Shown: positions 24,491 through 35,482 of the stretch, one piece after another
Layout of the letters: every line of letters begins with the position of its first letter
Position numbering within the stretch: position 1 is the first letter of the stretch
Assembly (NCBI RefSeq): GCF_009914755.1
Contig: NC_060926.1
Source: the human T2T-CHM13v2.0 reference genome, Homo sapiens
Strand: one strand, 5' to 3'
DNA length: 64,000 nucleotides
Made by a program: the position numbers and the translations under genes
Notes under the pieces: model-generated
Told to the model about the DNA's origin: nothing
What the model saw: the letters and a program-made list of their open reading frames with translations, nothing else
Database searches by the model: none

Positions 24491-27400
24491 AGGCTTATGG
24501 TGAAAAAGGAAATATCTTCCCCTGAAAACTAGACAGAAGCACTCTCAGAATTTTATTTGTGATGTGCGCCCTCAACTAACAGTGTTGAAGCTTTCTTTTG
24601 ATAGAGCAGTTTTGAAACACTCTTTTTGTAAAATCTGCAAGAGGATATTTGGATAGCTTTGAGGATTTCTTTGGAAACTGGATTGTCTTCATATAAACTC
24701 TAGACAGAAGCATTCTCAGAAGCTTCATTGGGATGTTTCAATTGAAGTCACAGTGTTCAACAGTCCCTTTCATAGAGCAGGTTTGAAACACTCTTTTTGT
24801 AGTATCTGGATGTGGACATTTGGAGCGCTTTCAGGCATATGGTGAAAAAGGAAATATCTTCCCCTGAAAACTAGACAGAAGCATTCTCAGAAACTTATTT
24901 GTGATGTGCGCCCTCAACTAACAGTGTTGAAGCTTTCTTTTGATAGAGCAGTTTTGAAACACTCTTTTTGTGAAATCTGCAAGTGGATATTTGTCTAGCT
25001 TTGAGGATTTCGTTGGAAACGGGAATACATATAAAAAGCAGACAGCAGCATTCCCAGAATCTTCTTTGTGATGTTTGCATTCAAGTCACAGAGTTGAACA
25101 TTCCCTTTCATAGAGCAGGTTTGAAACACTCTTTTTGAAGTATCTGGATGTGGACATTTGGAGCGCTTTCAGGCCTATGGTGAAAAAGGAAATATCTTCC
25201 CCTGAAAACTAGACAGAAGCATTCTCAGAAACTTATTTGTGATGTGCGCCCTCAACTAACAGTGTTGAACCTTTCTTTTCATAGAGCAGTTTTGAAACAC
25301 TCTTTTTGTAATATCTGCAAGAGGATATTTGGATAGCTTTGAGGATTTCGTTGGAAACGGGATTGTCTTCATATAAACTCTAGACAGAAGCATTCTCAGA
25401 AGCTTCATTGGGATGTTTCAATTGAAGTCACAGTGTTGAACAGTCCCTTTCATAGAGCAGGTTTGAAACACTCTTTTTGTAGTATCTGGAAGTGGACATT
25501 TGGAGAGATCTCAGGAATACGGTGATAAAGGAAATATCTTCCAATAAAAGCTAGATAGAAGCAATGTCAGAAACTTTTTCATGATGTATCTACTCAGCTA
25601 ACAGAGTTGAACCTTCCTTTTGAGAGAGCAGTTTTGAAACACTCTTTTTGTGGAATCTGCAAGTGGATATTTGTCTAGATTTGAGGATTTCGTTGGAAAC
25701 GGGATTACATATAAAAAGCAGACAGCAGCATTCCCAGAAACTTCTTTGTGAAGTTTGCATTCAAGTCACAGAGTTGAACATTCCCTTTCATAGAGCAGGT
25801 TTGAAACACTCTTTTTGTAGTATCTGGATGTGGACATTTGGAGCGCTTTCAGGCCTATGGTGAAAAAGGAAATATCTTCCCCTGAAAACTAGACAGAAGC
25901 ATTCTCAGAAACTTATTTGTGATGTGCGCCCTCAACTAACAGTGTTGAAGCATTCTTTTGATAGAGCAGTTTTGAAACACTCTTTTTGTGGAATCTGCAA
26001 GTGGATATTTGTCTAGCTTTGAGGATTTCGATGGAAACGGGATTACATATAAAAAGCAGACAGCAGCATTCCCAGAATCTTCTTTGTGATGTTTGCATTC
26101 AAGTCACAGAGTTGAACATTCCCTTTCATAGAGCAGGTTTGAAACACTCTTTTTATAGTATCTGGATGTGGACATTTGGAGCGCTTTCAGGCCTATGGTG
26201 AAAAAGGAAATATCTTCTCCTGAAAACTAGACAGAAGCATTCTCAGAAACTTATTTGTGATCTGCGCCCTCAACTAACAGCGTTGAAGCTTTCTTTTGAT
26301 AGAGCAGTTTTGAAACACTCTTTTTGTAAAATCTGCAAGAGGATATTTGGATATCTTTGAGGATTTCATTGGAAACGGGATTGTCTTCATATAAACTCTA
26401 GACAGAAGCATTCTCAGAAGCTTCATTGGGATGTTTCAATTGAAGTCACAGTGTTGAACAGTCCCTTTCATAGAGGAGGTTTGAAACACTCTTTTTGTAG
26501 TATCTGGAAGTGGACATTTGGAGTGATCTCAGGAATACGGTGATAAAGGAAATATCTTCCAATAAAAGCTAGATAGAAGCAATGTCAGAAACTTTTTCAT
26601 GATGTATCTACTCAGCTAACAGAGTTGAACCTTCCTTTGAGAGAGCAGTTTTGAAACACTCTTTTTGTGGAATCTGCAAGTGGATATTTGTCTAGCTTTG
26701 AGGATTTCGCTGGAAAAGGGATTACATATAAAAAGCAGACAGCAGCATTCCCAGAAACTTCTTTGTGATGTTTGCATTCAAGTCACAGAGTTGAACATTC
26801 CCTTTCATAGAGCAGGTTTGAAACACTCTTTTTGTAGTATCTGTATGTGGACATTTGCAGCGCTTTCAGGCCTAAGGTGAAAAAGGAAATATCTTCCCCT
26901 GAAAACTAGACAGAAGCATTCTCAGAAACTTATTTGTGATGTGCGCCCTCAACTAACGGTGTTGAACCTTTCTTTTGATAGAGCAGTTTTGAAACACTCT
27001 TTTCGTAAAATCTGCAAGAGGATATTTTGATAGCATTGAGGATTTCGTTGGAAACGGGATTGTCTTCATATAAACTCTAGACAGAAGCATTCTCAGAAGC
27101 TTCATTGGGATGTTTCAATTGAAGTCACAGTGTTGAACAGTCCCTTTCATAGAGCAGGTTTGAAACACTCTTTTTGTAGTATCTGGAAGTGGACATTTGG
27201 AGAGATCTCAGGAATACGGTGAAAAAGGAAATATCTTCCAATAAAAGCTAGATAGAAGCAATGTCAGAAACTTTTTCATGATGTATCTACTCAGCTAACA
27301 GAGTTGAACCTTTCTTTTGAGAGAGCAGTTTTGAAACACTCTTTTTGTGGAATCTGCAAGTGGATATTTGTCTAGCTTTGAGGATTTCGTTGGAAACGGG

Positions 27401-30400
27401 ATTACATATAAAAAGCAGACAGCAGCATTCCCAGTAACTTCTTTGTGATGTTTGCATTCAAGTCACAGAGTTGAACATTCCCTTTCATAGAGCAGTTTTA
27501 AACACTCTTTTTGTAGTATCTGGATGTGGACATTTGGAGCGCTTTCAGGCCTATGGTGAAAAAGGAAATATCTTCCCCTGAAAACTAGACAGAAGCATTC
27601 TCAGAAACTTATTTGTGATGTGCGCCCTCAACTAACGGTGTTGAACCTTTCTTTTGATAGAGCAGTTTTGAAACACTCTTTTTGTAATATCTGCAAGAGG
27701 ATATTTGGATAGCTTTGAGGATTTCGTTGGAAACGGGATTGTCTTCATATAAACTCTAGACAGAAGCATTCTCAGAAGCTTCATTGGGATGTTTCAATTG
27801 AAGTCACAGTGTTGAACAGTCCCTTTCATAGAGCAGGTTTGAAACACTCTTTTTGTAGTATCTGGAAGTGGACATTTGGAGAGATCTCAGGAATACGGTG
27901 ATAAAGGAAATATCTTCCAATAAAAGCTAGATAGAAGCAATGTCAGAAACTTTTTCATGATGTATCTACTCAGCTAACAGAGTTGAACCTTTCTTTTGAG
28001 AGAGCAGTTTTGAAACACTCTTTTTGTGGAATCTGCAAGTGGATATTTGTCTAGCTTTGAGGATTTCGTTGGAAACGGGATTACATATAAAAAGCAGACA
28101 GCAGCATTCCCAGAAACTTCTTTGTGATGTTTGCATTCAAGTCACAGAGTTGAACATTCCCTTTCATAGAGCAGGTTTGAAACACTCTTTTTGTAGTATC
28201 TGGATGTGGACATTTGGAGCGCTTTCAGGCCTATGGTGAAAAAGGAAATATCTTCCCCTGAAAACTAGACAGAAGCATTCTCAGAAACTTATTTGTGATG
28301 TGCGCCCTCAACTAACAGTGTTGAACCTTTCTTTTGATAGAGCAGTTTTGAAACACTCTTTTTGTAATATCTGCAAGAGGATATTTGGATAGCTTTGAGG
28401 ATTTCGTTGGAAACGGGATTGACTTCATATAAACTCTAGACAGAAGCATTCTCAGAAGCTTCATTGGGATGTTTCAATTGAAGTCACAGTGTTGAACAGT
28501 TCCTTTCATAGAACAGGTTTGAAACACTCTTTTTGTAGTATCTGGAAGTGGACATTTGGAGCGCTCTCAGGACTATGGTGAAAAAGGAAATATCTTCCAA
28601 TAAAAGCTACATAGAAGCAATGTCAGAAACTTTTTCATGATGTATCTACTCAGCTAACAGAGTTGAACCTTTCCTTTGAGAGAGCAGTTTTGAAACTCTC
28701 TTTTTGTGGAATCTGCAAGTGGATATTTGTCTAGCTTTGAGGATTTCGTTGGAAACGGGATTACATATAAAAAGCAGACAGCAGCATTCCCAGAAACTTC
28801 TTTGTGAAGTTTGCATTCAAGTCACAGAGTTGAACATTCCCTTTCATAGAGCAGGTTTGAAACACTCTTTTTGTAGTATCTGTATGTGGACATTTGGAGC
28901 GCTTTCAGGCCTATGGTGAAAAAGGAAATATCTTCCCCTGAAAACTAGACAGAAGCATTCTCAGAATCTTATTTGTGATGTGCACCCTCAACTAACAGTG
29001 TTGAAGCTTTCTTTTGATAGAGCAGTTTTGAAACACTCTTTTTGTAAAATCTGCAAGAGGATATTTGGATAGCTTTGAGGATTTCGTTGGAAACGGGATT
29101 GTCTTCATATAAACTCTAGACAGAAGCATTCTCAGAAGCTTCATTGGGATGTTTCAATTGAAGTCACATGTTGAACAGTCCCTTTCATAGAGCAGGTTTG
29201 AAACACTCTTTTTGTAGTATCTGGAAGTGGACATTTGGAGCGCTCTCAGGACTGCGGTGAAAAAGGAAATATCTTCCAATAAAAGCTAGATAGAAGCAAT
29301 GTCAGAAACTTTTTCATGATGTATCTACTCAGCTAACAGAGTTGAACCTTCCTTTGAGAGAGCAGTTTTGAAACACTCTTTTTGTGGAATCTGCAAGTGG
29401 ATATTTGTCTAGCTTTGAGGATTTCGCTGGAAACCGGATTACATATAAAAAGCAGACAGCAGCATTCCCAGAAACTTCTTTGTGATGTTTGCATTCAAGT
29501 CACAGAGTTGAACATTCCCTTTCATAGAGCAGGTTTGTAACACTCTTTTTGTAGTATCTGTATACGGACATTTGCAGCGCTTCCAGGCCTAAGGTGAAAA
29601 AGGAAATATCTTCCCCTGAAAACTAGACAGAAGCATTCTCAGAAACTTATTTGTGATGTGCGCCCTCAACCAACAGTGTTGAAGCTTTCTTTTGACAGAG
29701 CAGTTTTGAAACACTCTTTTTGTGGAACCTGCAAGTGGATATTTGTCTAGCTTTGAGGATTTCGTTGGAAACGGGATTACATATAAAAAGCAGACAGCAG
29801 CATTCCCAGAATCTTGTTTGTGATGTTTGCATTCAAGTCACAGAGTTGAACATTCCCTTTCAGAGAGCAGGTTTGAAACACTCTTTTTATAGTATCTGGA
29901 TGTGGACATTTGGAGCGCTTTCAGGCCTATGGTGAAAAAGGAAATATCTTCTCCTGAAAACTAGACAGAAGCATTCTCAGAATCTTATTTGTGATGTGCG
30001 CCCTCAACTAACAGTGTTGAAGCTTTCTTTTGATAGAGCAGTTTTGAAACACTCTTTTCGTAAAATCTGCAAGAGGATATTTTGATAGCTTTCAGGATTT
30101 CGTTGGAAACGGGATTGTCTTCATATAAAATCTAGACAGAAGCATTCTGAGAAGCTTCATTGGGATGTTTCAATTGAAGTCACAGTGTTGAACAGTCCCT
30201 TTCATAGAGCAGGTTTGAAACACTCTTTTTGTAGTATCTGGAAGTGGACATTTGGAGAGATCTCAGGAATACGGTGATAAAGGAAATATCTTCCAATAAA
30301 AGCTACATAGAAGCAATGTCAGAAACTTTTTCATGATGTATCTACTCAGCTAACAGAGTTGAACCTTTCCTTTGAGAGAGCAGTTTTGAAACACTCTTTT

Positions 30401-33400
30401 TGTGGAATCTGCAAGTGGATATTTGTCTAGCTTTGAGGATTTCGTTGGAAACGGGATTGTCTTCATATAAACTCTAGACAGAAGCATTCTCAGAAGCTTC
30501 ATTGGGATGTTTCAATTGAAGTCACAGTGTTGAACAGTCCCTTTCATAGAGCAGGTTTGAAACACTCTTTTTGTAGTATCTGGATGTGGACATTTGGAGC
30601 GCTTTCAGGCCTATGGTTTAAAAGGAAATATCTTCCCCTGAAAACTAGACAGAAGCATTCTCAGAAACTTATTTGTGATGTGCGCCGTCAACTAACAGTG
30701 TTGAAGCATTCTTTTGATAGAGCAGTTTTGAAACACTCGTTTTGTGGAATCTGCAAGTGGATATTTCTCTAGCTTTGAGGATTTCGTTGGAAACGGGATT
30801 ACATATAAAAAGCAGACAGCAGCATTCCCAGAAACTTCTTTGTGATGTTTGCATTCAAGTCACAGAGTTGAACATTCCCTTTCATAGAGCAGGTTTGAAA
30901 CACTCTTTTTGTAGTATCTGGATGTGGACATTTGCAGCGCTTTCAGGCCTAAGGTGAAAAAGGAAATATCTTCCCCTGAAAACTAGACAGAAGCATTCTC
31001 AGAAACTTATTTGTGATGTGCGCCCTCAACTAACAGTGTTGAAGCTTTCTTTTGATAGAGCAGTTTTGAAACACTCTTTTTGTAATATCTGCAAGAGGAT
31101 ATTTGGATAGCTTTGAGGATTTCGTTGGAAACGGGATTGTCTTCATATAAACTCTAGACAGAAGCATTCTCAGAAGCTTCATTGGGATGTTTCAATTGAA
31201 GTCACAGTGTTGAACAGTTCCTTTCATAGAACAGGTTTGAAACACTCTTTTTGTAGTATCTGGAAGTGGACATTTGGAGCGCTCTCAGGACTATGGTGAA
31301 AAAGGAAATATCTTCCAATAAAAGCTACATAGAAGCAATGTCAGAAACTTTTTCATGATGTATCTACTCAGCTAACAGAGTTGAACCTTTCTTTTGATAG
31401 AGCAGTTTTGAAACACTCTTTTTGTAATATCTGAAAGAGGATATTTGGATTGCTTTGAGGATTTCGTTGGAAACGGGATTACATATAAAAAGCAGACAGC
31501 AGCATTCCCAGAATCTTGTTTGTGATGTTTGCATTCAAGTCACAGAGTTGAACATTCCCTTTCATAGAGCAGGTTTGAAACACTCTTTTTATAGTATCTG
31601 GATGTGCACATTTGGAGCGCTTTCAGGCCTATGGTGAAAAAGGAAATATCTTCTCCTGAAAACTAGACAGAAGCATTCTCAGAATCTTATTTGTGATGTG
31701 CGCCCTCAACTAACAGTGTTGAAGCTTTCTTTTGATAGAGCAGTTTTGAAACACTCTTTTCGTAAAATCTGCAAGAGGATATTTGGATAGCTTTGAGGAT
31801 TTCGTTGGAAACGGGATTGTCTTCATATAAACTCTAGACAGAAGCATTCTCAGAAGCTTCATTGGGATGTTTCAATTGAAGTCACAGTGTTGAACAGTCC
31901 CTTTCATAGAGCAGGTTTGAAACACTCTTTTTGTAGTATCTGGAAGTGGACATTTGGAGAGATCTCAGGAATACGGTGAAAAAGGAAATATCTTCTCCTG
32001 AAAACTAGACAGAAGAATTCTCAGAATCTTATTTGTGATGTGCGCCCTCAACTAACAGTGTTGAAGCTTTCTTTTGATAGAGCAGTTTTGAAAAACTCTT
32101 TTCGTAAAATCTGCAAGAGGATATTTTGATAGCTTTGAGGATTTCGTTGGAAACGGGATTGTCTTCATATAAACTCTAGACAGAAGCATTCTCAGAAGCT
32201 TCATTGGGATGTTTCAATTGAAGTCACAGTGTTGAACAGTCCCTTTCATAGAGCAGGTTTGAAACACTCTTTTTGTAGTATCTGGAAGTGGACATTTGGA
32301 GAGATCTCAGGAATACGGTGATAAAGGAAATATCTTCCAATAAAAGCTAGATAGAAGCAATGTCAGAAACTTTTTCATGATGTATCTACTCAGCTAACAG
32401 AGTTGAACCTTTCTTTTGAGAGAGCAGTTTTGAAACACTCTTTTTGTGGAATCTGCAAGTGGATATTTGTCTAGCTTTGAGGATTTCGTTGGAAACGGGA
32501 TTACATATAAAAAGCAGACAGCAGCATTCCCAGTAACTTCTTTGTGATGTTGGCATTCAAGTCACAGAGTTGAACATTCCCTTTCATAGAGCAGTTTTGA
32601 AACACTCTTTTTGTAGTATCTGGATGTGGACATTTGGAGCGCTTTCAGGCCTATGGTGAAAAAGGAAATATCTTCCCCTGAAAACTAGACAGAAGCATTC
32701 TCAGAAACTTATTTGTGATGTGCGCCCTCAACTAACAGTGTTGAAGCTTTCTTTTGATAGAGCAGTTTTGAAACACTCTTTTTGTGGAATCTGCAAGTGG
32801 ATATTTGTCTAGCTTTGAGGATTTCTTTGGAAACGGGATTACATATAAAAAGCAGACAGCAGCATTCCCGGAAACTTCTTTGTGATGTTTGCATTCAAGT
32901 CACACAGTTGAACATTCCCTTTCATTGAGCAGGTTTGAAACACTCTTTTTGTAGTATCTGTATGTGGACATTTGGAGCGCTTTCAGGCCTATGGTGAAAA
33001 AGGAAATATCTTCCCCTGAAAACTAGACAAAAGCATTCTCAGAAACTTATTTGTGATGTGCGCCCTCAACTAACAGTGTTGAACCTTTCTTTTGATAGAG
33101 CAGTTTTGAAACACTCTTTTTGTAATATCTGCAAGAGGATATTTGGATAGCTTTGAGGATTTCGTTGGAAACCGGATTGTCTTCATATAAACTCTAGACA
33201 GAAGCATTCTCAGAAGCTTCATTGGGATGTTTCAATTGAAGTCACAGTGTTGAACAGTTCCTTTCATAGAACAGGTTTGAAACACTCTTTTTGTAGTATC
33301 TGGAAGTGGACATTTGGAGCGCTCTCAGGACTATGGTGAAAAAGGAAATATCTTCCAATAAAAGCTACATAGAAGCAATGTCAGAAACTTTTTCATGATG

Positions 33401-35482
33401 TATCTACTCAGCTAACAGAGTTGAACCTTTCCTTTGAGAGAGCAGTTTTGAAACACTCTTTTTGTGGAATCTGCAAGTGGATATTTGTCTAGCTTTGAGG
33501 ATTTCGTTGGAAACGGGATTACATATAAAAAGCAGACAGCAGCATTCCCAGTAACTTCTTTGTGATGTTTGCATTCAAGTCACAGAGTTGAACATTCCCT
33601 TTCATAGAGCAGGTTTGAAACACTCTTTTTGTAGTATCTGGATGTGGACATTTGGAGCGCTTTCAGGCCTATGGTGAAAAAGGAAGTATCTTCCCCTGAA
33701 AACTAGACAGAAGCATTCTCAGAAACTTATTTGTGATGTGCGCCCTCAACTAACAGTGTTGAACCTTTCTTTTGATAGAGCAGTTTTGAAACACTCTTTT
33801 TGTAATATCTGCAAGAGGATATTTGGATAGCTTTGAGGATTTCATTGGAAACGGGATTGTCTTCATATAAACTCAAGACAGAAGCATTCTCAGAAGCTTC
33901 ATTGGGAAGTTTCAATTGAAGTCACAGTGTTGAACAGTCCCTTTCATAGAGCAGGTTTGAAACACTCTTTTTGTAGTATCTGGAAGTGGACATTTGGAGA
34001 GATCTCAGGAATACGGTGATAAAGGAAATATCTTCCAATAAAAGCTAGATAGAAGCAATGTCAGAAACTTTTTCATGATGTATCTACTCAGCTAACAGAG
34101 TTGAACCTTTCTTTTGAGAGAGCAGTTTTGAAACACTCTTTTTGTGGAATCTGCAAGTGGATATTTGTCTAGCTTTGAGGATTTCGTTGGAAACGGGATT
34201 ACATATAAAAAGCAGACAGCAGCATTCCCAGAAACTTCTTTGTGAAGTTTGCATTCAAGTCACAGAGTTGAACATTCCCTTTCATAGAGCAGGTTTGAAA
34301 CACTCTTTTTGTAGTATCTGGATGTGGACATTTTGAGAGATCTCAGGAATACGGTGATAAAGGAAATATCTTCCAATAAAAGCTAGATAGAAGCAATGTC
34401 AGACTTTTTCATGATGTATCTACTCAGCTAACAGAGTTGAACCTTTCTTTTGAGAGAGCAGTTTTGAAACACTCTTTTTGTGGAATCTGCAAGTGGATAT
34501 TTTTCTAGCTTTGAGGATTTCGTTGGAAACGGGATTACATATAAAAAGCAGACAGCTGCATTCCCAGAAACTTCTTTGTGAAGTTTGCATTCAAGTCACA
34601 GAGTTGAACATTCCCTTTCATAGAGCAGGTTTGAAACACTCTTTTTGTAGTATCTGTATGTGGACATTTGGAGTGCTTTCAGGCCTATGGTGAAAAAGGA
34701 AATATCTTCCCCTGAAAACTAGACAGAAGCATTCTCAGAATCTTATTTGTGATGTGCGCCCTCAACTAACAGTGTTGAAGCTTTCTTTTGATAGAGCAGT
34801 TTTGAAACACTCTTTTTGTGGAATCTGTAAGTGGATATTTGTCTAGCTTTGAGGATTTCGTTGGAAACGGGATTACATATAAAAAGCAGACAGCAGCATT
34901 CCCAGAATCTTGTTTGTGATGTTTGCATTCAAGTCACAGAGTTGAACATTCCCTTTCAGAGAGCAGGTTTGAAACACTCTTTTTATAGTGTCTGGATGTG
35001 AACATTTTGAGCGCTTTCAGGCCTATGGTGAAAAAGGAAATATCTTCTCCTGAAAACTAGACAGAAGCATTCTCAGAATCTTATTTGTGATGTGCGCCCT
35101 CAACTAACAGTGTTGAAGCTTTCTTTTGATAGAGCAGTTTTGAAACACTCTTTTCGTAAAATCTGCAAGAGGATATTTGGATAGCTTTGAGGATTTCGTT
35201 GGAAACGGGATTGTTTTCATATAAACTCTAGACAGAAGCATTCTCAGAAGCTTCATTGGGATGTTTCAATTGAAGTCACAGTGTTGAACAGTCCCTTTCA
35301 TAGAGCAGGTTTGAAACACTCTTTTTGTAGTATCTGGAAGTGGACATTTGGAGAGATCTCAGGAATACGGTGAAAAAGGAAATATCTTCTCCTGAAAACT
35401 AGACAGAAGAATTCTCAGAATCTTATTTGTTATGTGCGCACTCAACTAACAGTGTTGAAGCTTTCTTTTGATAGAGCAGTTT

